Positions 1 through 12,983 of a DNA stretch of 64,000 nt are shown piece after piece. The notes below the pieces were generated by a model, which searched no databases, had not been told where the DNA came from, and saw only the letters and a list, made by a program, of their open reading frames with translations. A program made the position numbers and the translations under genes. Each line of letters starts with the position of its first letter. Within the stretch, counting starts at the first letter, position 1. The stretch lies in contig JABANN010000058.1 of the NCBI GenBank assembly GCA_013115125.1, forward strand, positions 1 through 64,000, given 5' to 3'. The stretch comes from Perkinsus olseni (lineage: Eukaryota).

Positions 1-902
1 TGATTGATTGAGATTGGATAATCAATTGAGATTAACCTCTCCTATATCTGGGTATTGTGTTCCCTGGATTACAGATACTTTGTTCCTGTGCTGAGAGTGT
101 CTCTCCCATTGTCGTACTGAGGACACGACGGGGGTTGCTATCTCGTGTTTTCTGATGTTTTACGGAGCCCACACGGCCCAAGCATTGCTCGTGAGACATG
201 CATATCAGACGAACACTAAGACCTTGAACCACGAGATGACAATAAAGCTAACAAAGGTCGATACTCGCAGCTCGTAATGAGAAGTATGCCGGCAGTGTAC
301 CACGCAGGCACTAGACACAACCTGCACGTACGCAAAAAGAGAGACAATCATCTCACAGCTGAGAGATCGAGCAACGATAATTGGTCACAGTTCGGTTACC
401 CGGCTTCAGGTAGCCACATCATGAGCCCGTAGCGAGGCACATTGGCACCAAAAGAGAAAGCAGCGAAGAAAGGATCCTTAAATGGGCCCGTCGCCAAGGA
501 GACACGAGGAAGACAATGTCTACACTAGCTCACCCAATGTCACGCATGATATTGTCCCTAGATGGGGACCAGGGTGACAGGTCACTATCATCTCTACACG
601 TTAGACTTCTCCTGTTCCGCGGCCATGCATACCAATGGACACCTCTAAAGTTAAGAGTCTAAACCGTCTTCGATCGTTCGGGCAGGCTCTTTGCACTGCA
701 AAGTTTGCAGACTTATGAAATTTAGTATCGTGGACCAGGGCCTCGCAAGGGAATGGCGAAGACCATGGGCATGCGTGCAGCACGCTTGCAAAACATCAGT
801 CTATTAGTGGCTCAATTGAGATTCTGCTTTGATGGTTGATAATTTCTAGTTTGCACTTGGGGAACTCACACGCAGTAGACTTCTGAGACTACTCTCCCTC
901 CC

Positions 903-2225
903 ATGCGCATCCCGTTCGCCATCCCGTACGCCTCCCTGGTCGTCGGCGCCACCGCTCCTCCGAGCAGCACTATCGTATCCATCAAGTCTGCTACCGGTGA
1001 TGTCAACATTCGTCAGCTGCCTGGAATGCTGGCAAGGGCCGGTCACACTCCCGACCCGGAAGTTGCCTCCTTCTTAGACACCGCTGAGATCACCACTCTT
1101 GAATATGTCCACTCCCAGGTGGTTCAGACTCCACCTCACACCATCGACAGCGAGGCTCTCTGCAGCTTCGTTACATCGGCCAGCAACAAGCTATTATTGC
1201 AGTCTGAATGCGCTGAAGATGGTAGCGGTGTGGTCTTCAAGCTCGATAGCGATCTGCACGTGAACGATCCTGATGCCGGCTATCAGAAGCATCTCAAGTG
1301 GATGGACATGGGGGAGGTTTGGGAAGTCGCTCTTCCTCATGTTTCTCGGCTAGTGAAGGCAGCCGTTCTTGACGCCGGCATCGACTGGACAGACCGCGAT
1401 TTCGCTCCCTTAAGAGGAAGAGTGGCGAAGAGAAGCGGCGGCTACTTGGAAGGAGGGTGGAACTTCTTCAGTAACTCGTCCGACCTGACGACCGGAGAAA
1501 CTCACGGCACCAACGTATGCAAAATCCTCGCCGCCAAGAGCAACAACTCGTTTGGTATAGCTGGGGTTGCTCCCAACGTCACGTTGATCCCCCTACAAAT
1601 GGTAGATGACGACACAAATCTGCCCCTGTCTAAATTCTTGGCAGCTATCGACATGGCCATCGATTTGGAAGTTGACGTCATGTCAGTTTCGCTCGGATAC
1701 TATTTCAGCAGGCTCAACGCCACCAAGCAGCATCTGTTGTGGAACGCTCTCCATTCCGCCCACCAACACGGAATCTTACTCGTATCCGCCGCTGGCAACG
1801 ACGATGACGAGGCCTCTGACATATATCCTTGTTGGTTTGGTGGCCCACTTAGTATTTGCGTCGCTAACCTGGACGACCACAGGCCTCAAAATTTTCTCAA
1901 CGCACACTCGAACTTTGGCGAAAGGGTTGATGTCGCGGCTTACGGTACAAATATCTTCACCGGTCGCGACGAGGACGGTAATTTGAGGTACTTCAGTGGT
2001 ACATCAGCCTCGACGCCGGTTGTCACTGGCCTTGTTGCTATCCTATTATCAATGGGGACTGATCCGATGATGGTGAAGAGGCTATTGTTAGCTAACGTGG
2101 ATCCAATGGCCCCCATTCATCACGGAGCTATACGGGGCGGGGCGATCAATGCGCTGAAGACTGTGGAGGACGCTATCAGGTCACGTAGGCTCCATGGCAG
2201 TGGTGGCTTTGGTCTCGGTAACTAA
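903..2225 (+). CDS. Subtilisin-like S8 serine protease, secreted, intronless
   Basis: 440-aa ORF with hydrophobic N-terminus, prodomain, catalytic triad motifs AAVLDAGID, THGTNV and SGTSASTP, and oxyanion motif SAAGND. Confidence 0.95.
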   Translation: MRIPFAIPYASLVVGATAPPSSTIVSIKSATGDVNIRQLPGMLARAGHTPDPEVASFLDTAEITTLEYVHSQVVQTPPHTIDSEALCSFVTSASNKLLLQSECAEDGSGVVFKLDSDLHVNDPDAGYQKHLKWMDMGEVWEVALPHVSRLVKAAVLDAGIDWTDRDFAPLRGRVAKRSGGYLEGGWNFFSNSSDLTTGETHGTNVCKILAAKSNNSFGIAGVAPNVTLIPLQMVDDDTNLPLSKFLAAIDMAIDLEVDVMSVSLGYYFSRLNATKQHLLWNALHSAHQHGILLVSAAGNDDDEASDIYPCWFGGPLSICVANLDDHRPQNFLNAHSNFGERVDVAAYGTNIFTGRDEDGNLRYFSGTSASTPVVTGLVAILLSMGTDPMMVKRLLLANVDPMAPIHHGAIRGGAINALKTVEDAIRSRRLHGSGGFGLGN

Positions 2226-3709
2226 CTTACGCTCGAGGCTTGACTATTTTCTTACTCCGTTGCTGACGTAGAGCCGGAAGCGCCGGCCCATCAAATTGCA
2301 ACCTGGACGAAGTTCTTTATTTTGCCTCGCTGAGAGACGTTTTCTTGCTCTTATGCCCATCTCCATCGCTACTTCGTTTCTCCTTTTAGCTCTTCCGTCT
2401 ATTTCCCCTAGCCTAATTCCAGTGAGCCAACGATGGTGATGCGGGGGATGCCTGCCAACATAACTTATATCCTTTTCAGTGAGAGGTTCCCGATTAGCTC
2501 ATTATAAGTATGCGGTCGTGTAGGGCCCGTGAACTTGACAGCTGGCGAGGGAGGAGGGGGCTGTCGCAGTGACTTCGACCCCGGTAACGGGTTTCCTACT
2601 GAGTTCAGGCTGTCTCTGCTTTTCGTCTTTTTCCGTTGCTCAGGCTGAGCCGACGTGCTAGCCTAAAAGTTTGCAACCGAGACGAGGTGTTTGAATCCTC
2701 TCTCGTGTTGCTTCGCTAGGTCCCATAACAACGGGTTCTTGTCGTTTTTGTCGAATCTTTCGTTTGCTTGCGACTCGCAAGTTGCGATAGCCTTGGGTGA
2801 ACCACCGTCATTTTGTCACCCACGCGTATCGAGTTGAGCGTCAATATTCTGGGATCGACAGAACGTCAATCCTTGAAGGACTTCAATAACGCCTCCAGCG
2901 AACGCGACCGGGATGTTCGAATGATGCGTCGCTTGCGTTCTTACAACTCCCGCCAAAGAATTGAATCAAAACCAATCATTCACATCATTCGAATTAATCG
3001 ATAACACGACCTCACGCAGGTGAACATTTTCGTGTACGATGGGTGGATCTTAACAGAGTATGCGAGGCGTTGCGGTGATTCCTGCCAGAGCAAAGCAGCT
3101 CGCGTATGATTGTCTTTGGTGCACCCCGGTGGGGCTCTGCTCAATCTGCTGCAGATCATCTGCAGCCTGTTCCATGGTCCCGCCTCTTTCTTGAATGAGG
3201 GCCCGATTAAATATTTGCAAAAAAAAATCAGCAGCTGGAGCAAGCGTCCGAGAACTGGCGACTGGGACGTTGACCGCGAGGATGGAGGAAGACGCGGAAG
3301 AAGTCAGTCGAAGCCTTAGAGCAGGAAGACGTGATAATTAAGTCATGTATTGCTCGTTATTAAGGACAGTTTCAATCTGAATCCATGGTCGAGTGGCGAA
3401 GCGTTATACCAACGCGTTTAGTTTGTTGCGCGGAAGACGTGATGTGATTGAGTAAACTTTTGTCATGTCATAATGTGTTAAAATTCAAAACTTTTTAGCT
3501 TTCTGAGAAAGCTTCACTCCCACCCTCATGACATTCTCGCATTTCTCAGAAAAGATGTGGGTGAAAATTGCCTACTACTGATACTCCTTTGCTCGGCTGT
3601 TCGGCCCTGAGTACGTCCCGAGTATCCCTGAAGAGTTTCGTCGAGCCCCGAGAACAGGTCGAACCTTCGCAATCCTTATAGAGCTTATGAGCCCAGTAAC
3701 GATCTTCAG

Positions 3710-4673
3710 GGGCTCATTCAAGTGCTTTTCGTTCCCGGGTTCCGAGTCCGGGGGAAATTTACCAGGCCCCGAGTCAGAGGAGTAATTTTCCGATAAATCA
3801 CCCATTCAAGTGCTTGAGCTAGAGCTGGGCAACCGTACTGGGTTTGAGGAAAGTACGGTACTGAGTACGTTTCAAACTGCCAACCTAGTACGGGAACGAA
3901 GAACTAGTAAGTATTAAATATATTAAACAACGCATACGTGTATTGAATTACGCCGTACTTTAAGTACGGCGTACTAGTACGGTACTCGGGAACCGCTGCG
4001 ACGGGTAGTACGGGTACGAAGCCGTACTCGTACCCGTACCGTACTCCATACTAGACCGTACCCGTACTGTCGCCCACCTCTAGCTTGAGCTAATTTTACG
4101 GGTATTACCTCCGACTTCCGAGTACGGGTCACAATTCCAACTGTTCAAGTGCACCTCCACATAAATTTCCCGAGCTCGGGAAAAACCTCTCACTCGGGAT
4201 ATTGACAATTGCGTGTTTCGTGGATACGCGCAGCACAACTTTCAAGATGCGCTGTGAGATGCGCATCTTGAAGATGCGATAGTCAACTTGATCTTCAAGA
4301 TGTGCTAAATGGGTCTATTAGTGGACGGCAGACTGTCAGCATGTTTGAGTGTTGGCTGCTGTAGTGTGATATGTGTGGCATGGTACTTTCGTAAGCGGTG
4401 TAGTGTTCACTCGGAATTGCAGGGGCTCGGAATCAGTAACCGTTTCTTGTCGGAAAATTTTTCCTCGGAATCTGATCCCATGAGCCGCACTTGAGTGTAG
4501 ACCTCGGATTTCCAGCTCGTGAAAGCGCGACTCGGCTTCTCACGAGTTCCGCCGAGCGCTCGGACCGAGCACTCAACTCGAAAATGCACTTGAATGCATT
4601 ATTCTATCCCGAGTTCGGAAGGGACGCCCTTCCGACTACTCGGACTCGGAAAAAGGGGCACTTGAATAGGCCC
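3710..4673. mobile_element. PIF/Harbinger-like non-autonomous element (MITE)
   Basis: Left end GGGCTCATTCAAGTGC; right end reverse-complements to GGGCCTATTCAAGTGC. 3-bp duplication CAG at 3707-3709 and 4674-4676. TTCAAGTGC/GCACTTGAA motifs repeat subterminally. No coding capacity seen. Confidence 0.75.
3820..4082. mobile_element. hAT-type MITE nested in the Harbinger-like element
   Basis: TIRs TAGAGCTGGGCAAC and (reverse complement) TAGAGGTGGGCGAC. Perfect 8-bp TSD GCTTGAGC at 3812-3819 and 4083-4090. Interior is rich in CCGTAC/GTACGG motifs. Confidence 0.85.
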
Positions 4674-5284
4674 CAGGATTGGCGAGATGCTCAGGCCATG
4701 CCGAGAAGCGGAGAGTAAAGGCTACGCTGCACTTCACTTTTACAATGCGATTCAAGTGCATTGTAGCACTACGGGGTAGTTGTATTGGCTCTTTCAGGCT
4801 TTCCGGCAGAATATGACTTTAATATGTACACTGCTCTCCAGCATCTCTAAGAGGAGACAGCACAATCAGTGGTCGCTGCGATCAGGTCGCACAATACTGT
4901 CCCGGCAGTGATCACCATTGATCATATGCTCCGGTTTTCCCTTTCACTAAGCCCCGTCTCTAGCTGTACTGAGTAATAGTGCATGTGAATTGCGAGGCCA
5001 TGTGAAAGCGTCATAGTCATTTGCACTACTTTGACGACCGCCTCCATCGCCTTTACGTTCCCACCTTGCTATTTGTGCAGCTTTGCTCGTTATACGTACA
5101 TTTGTCCCACCCAACATCTGCGTTCTTCGTCACACTGTTGAACATATGTTCACCCGTAATTCACAACAAAAGCAGTTTTCGCCGAACTCCTCTCGAATTC
5201 GGTTTACCTTTGTTCGAGCCCCGTCTCGAATAGCCACACTGTGCTGTCTTGTAGGGCATATTTGCTGTTAAACTCCCTAGGTCA

Positions 5285-6103
5285 ATGTCTGCTCCTGATG
5301 CGACCAGGTTTGATTGCAAGGGCGCTCCGGAAGCAAGGGCCTGGAAAGGCAGAATCGCCTTCTACATCTTCTTGATCCAAATGGCCATGCCGGTCTGCGT
5401 TGATGCCTTCGTGGTAGACGGTACCGTTGACAACTCTATCCTGGACCCTAAGCTACGTTCCTTGCGCCTGCCAGTTGTAAGGGAAAGCCCCGCAGGCTGT
5501 TTGCCTCCGGGTAAGGGTTTCCAAGGAGAGAATCACTGCTGGTACCTTCTGAAGGGCCCTCACCAGTATAACGTCGGTGCACTTCTCGCCTCGAATAATT
5601 CTGGGTATACTGGGTACGCCACTCTGGAAATGGCGGTTATCCTGGCGTCTAACTCAAGTCCAGTTGATGTTGGTATTCGGGCGGGTGGTAGAACTATCTT
5701 GCTCTTCAATCTACCGGATGGGATCTCGGTCGGCGTAGACTTCTTTGTCCCTACTTTCTCGAAGACCGGTGGCTACAATTTTTTCACTGGGAAGCTACTT
5801 AGGTTCCCTATACGGCTGCGAACCAGAGTCACCGTTCCCGGTGTCGGTACGGTGCGAGCGGAAGGCTGGGATTTAGCCGATGGTTTCGTCAATATGGGTG
5901 ATGCAGTGACTAAGCTCGATACACAAGTCAGGGCGACAAACGGAACTGACCGTCTGAACTCCACCGTTGCTTTTTATCATGTTATCAGACAAGCAGGTGT
6001 CGACAGCCTCGAGCATTGGTCGTTCGACGCCTTCGTTGCTATCGGACTATATGTTGGCGCTAAACATATTTTCTTCCGCTTTCCCTACGGAGGCTATTTT
6101 TGA
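5285..6103 (+). CDS. Hypothetical protein, intronless, possible signal or anchor segment
   Basis: 272-aa open frame with an N-proximal hydrophobic stretch (IAFYIFLIQMAMPVCVDA). No family recognised. Confidence 0.6.
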   Translation: MSAPDATRFDCKGAPEARAWKGRIAFYIFLIQMAMPVCVDAFVVDGTVDNSILDPKLRSLRLPVVRESPAGCLPPGKGFQGENHCWYLLKGPHQYNVGALLASNNSGYTGYATLEMAVILASNSSPVDVGIRAGGRTILLFNLPDGISVGVDFFVPTFSKTGGYNFFTGKLLRFPIRLRTRVTVPGVGTVRAEGWDLADGFVNMGDAVTKLDTQVRATNGTDRLNSTVAFYHVIRQAGVDSLEHWSFDAFVAIGLYVGAKHIFFRFPYGGYF

Positions 6104-6569
6104 TGTCTATCCGCGCTCGCTATAGATATGTGGTGTATGCGAGCCTCTCCCGCTCGAAGTAACCATATGAACTTCATTGTAGAAGAATTTTTTTGGTAGC
6201 CCTCTCGGGCCTTGTCGAGGAAGTAGGACTAAGATCGAAGAACAATGTGATCATCGGCAGTGTCGCTGGGAAGTTCGGAACGTCAAGTTCCGGTGAGGGT
6301 AACTTTGTTTTACCTCGTAGTCCGATTAAGAGACTTTATACTGCTTTACTACGACGAGGACGCGTTTGGTTATCAGTTGGCGCATCAGCAGTAGCTGACT
6401 CTGTCAGTATCAAGAGCCCGCGTGCCGTAGCGAGCTTTCCTCGGCTCTCAGTGCAGAAACCCCGAGAAACAGGCTGAACTTCCTCCGGGGAGGCTGAGTC
6501 AGACCACTATAGATTTGAGCTTCGAGCTCATCGATAGAGCTCATCCTTCCAGTGTTACTAGGCCGAGGG

Positions 6570-7290
6570 TTACGCCGTAGCGAGAGGGTAGTCAATCAGC
6601 TGACCTGAACCGGGGTATCGCAGACTGCAGCAGCTCACATCCCGCCACATCCCCGCGGCCACCAGTAGAAATACCCTCACCGACTTCCGGCATACAACAG
6701 TCACTCGCGGAGGTTTGCGCGATTTCAGAGACCTTCGTTTGTACGCCCGCACCAATATCGGCGGTAGCTGCCTCATAGGTATCTCAGAGAAGATGCAGAC
6801 TCATGCTCGAAAACCATTGCGGATCTTGTTTGTTCGAAGAGGGCTAAAGTGTTTATCAGAAATCGACGGCATCTCCGAGAGCTGACAGAAAGGTAGACCA
6901 ATAAGCGGCGAGTGACCTGGTTTGCCAAGCGGGGAGACAGCGGGCCTTCCCGGGATTGACCCCACTCAGGGTTCAACGGAAGTAGATATGGCAGAAAACG
7001 ATTTTTTGGTCCCCTTCGCCTTCCCGCTCGTATTTGCGGAGATCCTTCGCTAGTGATACGCCAATGACTGGGAGCCGCTAATTGCAACACTCAACAAGTC
7101 CGCTTTGGATCGCTTTCTGTCGGCAATCAACAGATCGCTGCCGCTCGGACACGGGTGCAAGCCACTCAGCAAGACAAAAAACAACTACCCACTCATCATT
7201 GAGATAACGCACAAAATGCCCCACGAACACCAGGCGGTCTAACTCATTTTTTGGGGCCATCGACAGTCCAGACGCGACGTCGCTGACCAA
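6570..7290 (-). mobile_element. Decayed non-LTR retroelement reverse-transcriptase remnant
   Basis: Fragments in different frames resemble RT motifs in the correct order: VDCRQKAIQS (D..KAFD), GQSREGPLSPRLAN (G.PQG..LSP.L.N), SLRYPG (YLG). No intact YADD. Confidence 0.4.
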
Positions 7291-7661
7291 TGATGCTCTC
7301 TCTGCTCCGGCGTTGGGGGTAGGTGAAGTAACTGGTGCCCAGACGCAGGCACGAGTTCTATATCAGTTCTCTACCATCTTGGATATTAAGAAAGCGTATT
7401 CATCTTGAGATTAGGAGGATCATTAATGTGGTATCAGTGGTTCCGAGTCCCTACTGAATGCATTAATGATCCTGCCGTTCCCTCTGATTCTGGCTCCGTT
7501 TATTTGCGATTATGTCCCTGCAGCTTAGGGCAATTGAGTTCTCCTCGACTACCGAAGGCTCGTGATGAACTATTCTGGCGCCGCCGAGTTGACATCACTG
7601 AGTTTTTGGTGTTTGGTGATTGTTTTTGTTTTGATGAGGCCGTGACTTACCAAGATTGTAG

Positions 7662-9279
7662 CTACTTTTTGGATGAGCAGTTGACGGGGGGACCGTCCCG
7701 CGTAGCGTCAACAAAAGAGCTTGAGGCTAAGACGAAACCTGGTTGATATTGTACGCTAGCAATCAGAACCTTGCAGAGACAGTTTGACAGTATCGTACAC
7801 AGTGATATTAATTGCCATGAACGTTCCATACCAGAGAGACTTAGCCCATACTCCTCTGAAGAAACCACCGACGCCTTCACTCCGTAGTAATGCTAAGGCA
7901 ATCATGGGAACGCTCGAGGCCCCAATCGCCGCGGAAGAGGATGACGCAATCCCTCGGCCGGCCACTTGGTACTGAGTCTTAACGACATCGATCGGGGAAG
8001 TAGCGATGCCTGCGAGAAGACCTTCGTCGGAACCCCGGAAGAGTCGGAAGGACGGTTACTTACACGCGATAACTCCTGCAATGAAGCCGGAAGCGGCCAA
8101 CCGTCCTGCCGAACAGCTTCCCTCCTTCGCCAGCTCTTCACGGCAACAGCTGAGCAGCCTGAGTCTTTCATAGGACATAAACCAAATAGCGGACAACGGT
8201 GTCCAAGTCAGGCTACCGATGACGGCTCTGAAAACTGAGCGGTTCCCTGGCCATCTCGAACACGAGCCCGAAGGGAAGTAACTCACCCGCGGTAGAAGCC
8301 TCGAATGCCATTCTCGCGGTAAATGTCGCGTATAACAGCACGAGGACTCATCGATGCACCAATTTGAACTTGCCTGAGACATGCGATGATCACGCGAGAC
8401 TCAATGGCTGCCATGGGGTTACGTCTGTGATTTTATCACTTCTTGCGGAGTCCATATGACCATACCGAAAACGTTCGCGACGGCTCCCGATAACAGATGA
8501 ATAGCATCCGGAGACCAACCCTATATCGGGAAGCAGGTCGATCGCCATACTCAGTGGACGGCGGTGAGCTTACGGTAGTCGATCCCAGCTTGGACTTGGA
8601 AGCTTCGTAAGTGAGGTAGTAGACTCCGAAAGCGGGGCAGCTTGTCAGCATGACGACAGACAAGCCCTTGTAGTAGCCGCGAATTCCCTGAGATTTCAGG
8701 TTGAGATAAAGTTGAAGGAGCACAGTCGCTCCACATAGATCATCTCGCGATTGCACCCTTGAGCCATCGAAGCTGTAGAGCTGAGAGCCATTGCCATCCG
8801 GCATTTAAGCTAGCGAGGACCGCTCTGAAGTCCCCAGAGGCTTCCGAAACCAACGTTCTCCCGCTGGGCTCCAGTCGTGAACGCCCCTTGGCTCATCTTC
8901 AACGCTTCCGCCAAGCAAAGAGTCTCACCTCCTTCTTCAAGATCGACGAGGCTTCTTTCCAGACCGAGTAGCGCTGCATCCGTGACACTGCAGACCAGAA
9001 TCTACCCGGTCGAGTGAGACTCTCTGTCGCGGCAACGGAAGAAGGAGCTCGATATCTTGCCTGAAAGGCTCCAACTGGCGTGGCGGCTCGTTCCAGACAA
9101 GCAGCGCCTCCAAAAAGGAAACCGTAGAGTCCTGCCCTCACCTGTTGGCGAACCCGAATGGTATCCATTGGAAAGACGGTAGCGTCGCATACAAGACCGG
9201 CAGTAGCGCCCGCTATGAATGGGGCTGCGGCAACCGCCCCTGTTGATAGAGCTCCCTCATCGCTGAGCTGAACCCCCAT
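7662..9279 (-). CDS. Mitochondrial carrier (SLC25 family), multi-exon
   Basis: PFIAGATAGLVCDATVFPMDTIRVRQQ (PxDxxR signature), GIRGYYKGLSVVMLTSCPAFGVYYLTYE, EGVGGFFRGVWAKSLW. The three carrier repeats are split by introns. Substrate not assignable. Confidence 0.88.
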
Positions 9280-9443
9280 TGGGTGACCGGATGGAGGGGA
9301 ACTAAAGTTTGTAATAAAGCGCTCCACTTGGACAGAACGCGCAAGTGTGGAGACAGATGAGGGAGGTAATGATAGAGATTCAATCTGAACGGCTTCACGC
9401 GGATTCTACTCTGCATATCACGGGGCGCTACGTTCGAAGTCAC

Positions 9444-10291
9444 TTAAATTCTCGGTGAACTCGAAAACTGCTGCTGTTCACTCCCGTTGACGCGCTCATT
9501 TGCGCTGTTTGCTTTTCCGCGAATATATTCAGATGGCCGTACAGCAAGACTTCTGTACTCAGCCCTGCTACCCCTCGGGGTGGCATGTAGTGTACGCGAT
9601 TGTATTATCATTAAATTGTTACGAGACGCGAGGGCCCAGCAAGTGAGGCCGTCTTCCCCGACTTTACAACGCGGAGGCCGCGAGCACCAATTAGAGACTC
9701 TGCGTACGCTTTCTGGACCGCATGGTGAGAACAGAGCGGGAGAATACAAAGTCGTTGACGAATGCAGAGGATGGTGAAGGCGATAGAGCACTTCCCGGAA
9801 GCAATGGTATAATGATAGACAACCCTTTCGTCACCGAGCCGATGACCACCTTGTAGGTCTGCACCACCAGACTAATGCCTCAAACGTGTATCACATACTC
9901 ACGAATGCCTCTGGTCTCGTGCTCGCGGATCTCTACTAACTTTGGCAGCGTCAGTTGCTTATCGCTCTCGAACCAGAGGTCCCACTCCTTCACCGACGCT
10001 GGGATGATGGGGACAGCTTGTGCAACAGCCTCGATGTCCGCGACACGTCCCCTCCTGGAAGGCTTCTTGGGCCTCACATTATCAGGTCGCCCTCCATGGC
10101 GTTGACACAATCCCTGTCTCCTTGCCGTCTTATCGCAACCTTCTACCTGAGGATAGGACCTATGCTCTACTATTATCGAGCACTATACCGTCTCTCACCG
10201 AACACCTTCGGCCGCCACCGTGGCTGATGCACAGGCCACCCGAGCGAGCGTGCCGGGTGCAGCTAGCAACGCTGCAGTAGACGATCGGCAT
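9444..10291 (-). CDS. WRKY19-like Cys/His zinc-finger repeat protein, multi-exon; 3' end uncertain
   Basis: Spliced reading MPIVYCSVASCTRHARSGGLCISHGGGRRCS|VEGCDKTARRQGLCQRHGG gives two C-x4-C-x9-C-x2-HGG units across a GT-AG intron at about 10148-10198. Confidence 0.65.
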
Positions 10292-10447
10292 GCACAACCG
10301 CCTTGCAAGCCCAAGATTAACGTCAGACTAACACAACTGGCCTGTTCATGCAGAGACTCTCAACGTATTAGTCGCGAACTGATACCTGGATCCCCCTAGT
10401 GGGGTAGTTGAGCAGTCGTTGAAGGGGTCCTGGCAGCAATGACCGGC

Positions 10448-10502
10448 AGTAGTAGTAGCGGTAGTCGTGGATGTAGTAGTCGTGGATGATGTAGTAGTAG
10501 TT
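10448..10502. repeat. GTA/GAT low-complexity microsatellite
   Basis: Runs of GTAGTAGTA and GTAGTCGTGGAT. Confidence 0.7.
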
Positions 10503-11434
10503 ACGCGCACTGCAAGTGCTGGTCCAGCAGGAAAGTGAAGTTAACAAGTGCAGAACAAGAAATCGTATAGGAAACAGAAAGAACCGCCTTCCTGGAGCAC
10601 TGAGTATCACGCTTATGTACTCCCAAAGGCAAATCGAATGACGAAGAACCAATGCCTGGACTCGATACTCGTTGATATGCAAAAGACACACACGTAGACC
10701 ACCAAGGAGGGAGCAGGGCGCTGAATTGTAGTACGACGTTTTCAACCAAACGATGATACATCAAAAAGTGCCTCGTTAGAAGGCCTCATCACAGCAGGGG
10801 CCAATCGAGACAACGTCCGCAGAAATTCGTGACTCGAAAACGGCAAATCGCTCGACTCGAAGCGCAGAGGGCAGCCCGCAAGACCCTGAGTGTGCAGCAG
10901 TGCGCCTCTGCCTTCCGCCGTGTCCATGGTGACTTCACACCAACGTCCTTTGCGAAGGAGAACGAAGTCCGCTCGCCGGGGTGGCGGACTTTGATACAAA
11001 CCTTCATACATACGGAAAGGAGAGCTGCGGCAGCAGGAATACTGGCCCACTGAGATGGGGCGCCAAGCTGGCCATGATAACGACAATCTCACGACGCCTA
11101 GCTCGATAGAAATACTACGAAAAACGGAAATAGCGATGACGCCGTAACAACAGCAGCAGCATCCAGCGATAGGCTGCTTGCTGATGGTCATGATTAATAC
11201 TATTATTATGACGACTACAACTACTTTAAGGCTTGCTAAGATCCAATGGGCAAGCGAGATGAGTAATATACAGATGACATAATGATGTTGTTCTTGTTCT
11301 TGTTGAGGTAATGGCGAGGACAAAATATCGAAGTATGAGGTTACATGGTGTTGCGACGATAAAACCCTTGTTCAAACTCTTCCAGGGTCATCTCATTAAC
11401 CTGTGAGGATAGAGATCAAGTAAGAGCATCTCAA

Positions 11435-12983
11435 CTAAGCACTCACGCCAACGACGTCATTGCTGAGTTTGGGGTAGTTGTAAGTCTTGTTATTCACGCT
11501 GCTGTCTCTCAGCCCTCTCTTCCTCTGGATCGGGGTAGCCCAGGTAGTGACGCCCGGACTCGGGTTGCTGAGACAACAAACCGAATGACAGTCTACAGAC
11601 GCCACGGCCTGCACAGAGAACGATCCTTCGCACACTCCCCGCTAAAATTGATTCATCCCGCAAGGACGACTCTCTACTGCGAAGCTATCATCAACGCTAA
11701 GCGAGGTGGCCAATCTCCAGACTGATTCAGGTACGGCAGACATGCTCCACGGTATTACTCGACGAAGCTCCCTCCAGGAGTGGCAGTGGTTGTTGTTCGA
11801 CTGGAGCTTCCAGTGATGCTGCCTCCGCAGCAATAGTTGGCCGCCAACCAGGGATGGGTCTTGGCCAAGGGTACCCGTATCTAGCGAAAGTGACCTTCGC
11901 CCCCACGGGTGGTTTTATACTCCCTGTGGAAGGCAAGCTACGATACCGAGCGTAGATGATCTCAAGGGCAGCTGTTTCCGCCGATGTGCCGAGGATTTCA
12001 GAACCAAGGACAGAGAACCCTAGCACGATACGAAACGCTCTTGGGCGCCTGTTCACCTAGAAATGTGGTATGGACCGAAAAAGGTCGTTTTAATCCGGAC
12101 ATAGTACGCAAATAATACCACAACCGCTATCGTGGCTAACAACGACTGTCCCTTAGTGATACTACCTTGGCTGCATCCAGATCCTTCTTACTGAGACCAG
12201 CACAAACCAGACGGCCGTGTCGGTGAACGTGCTGGCCCGCAAGACGCCGCTTGTCAGCCAACCTTACCATGGAGCGTAGAATCTCCTTAGTTTCCCGCTG
12301 TCCGTATGGTCTTGCCTGAGGACATGACGGTGGCGACAGAGGCCGAGCACGAGTGATCACTCCCACCTCTTTGGTGTAGTTCCTGGGCGCGTGACCTAGA
12401 GAACCGTTCGTGGCGCTTCGCTCTGCATTCATCGTTGACGACCGCGAGATCTGTGGGGTAATCGGAGCAATGACTATCGGCCTCAAGGCCATCGCACTCA
12501 CTTTGAGAAAAGAAGAATCAACGTGTTGTTTCGGGGCTGCTGCCTGAGAGCGACGACCACCGGGCATCACCGAGATCTCAGGCACGTAGTCATGGACGTC
12601 ACCAGCGGTCTTAGGGCCGTCAAGCGTTACCTGTAAACAGGGTACTGCTACTTATCGAGTATTAATTACACTATTACGCTCCGCGCCACTTGCGGCGCCC
12701 TCTCCGATGCGGTCGCCTGAAGGCTCTGACGCTGTCGGACGCGTCTCGGCGGAGAGGTCCTCGATACCACGACGGGCCGGTAAGAAGTAGGGGAAGCGTA
12801 GAGCGATGGTCCATGACGACCACCGCAGATGAGGTTGGAAAACCAGCGGCCGAACCGAGACCGAGTGTCAGTTTTTTGAGCTGGGTTTGCTGCTGCCGCG
12901 TTGTCGCAGACAGCAGTAATGTTACAATCATCCGTGTTAGTCGGGGTAATGGCAGCCGAAGAAGCGGTCCTTATTAGGGACAT
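11435..12983 (-). CDS. Hypothetical low-complexity multi-exon protein
   Basis: Successive minus-strand ORFs (12666-13085, 12136-12585, 11727-12056) can be joined by short GT-AG introns. No family recognised. Confidence 0.35.

Noticed and set aside
1-32. TGAT repeats as a telomere
   Set aside because: Short imperfect microsatellite, not a G-rich telomeric unit.
10742-11323. 193-aa minus-strand ORF
   Set aside because: Driven by simple trinucleotide runs, with no recognisable domain.
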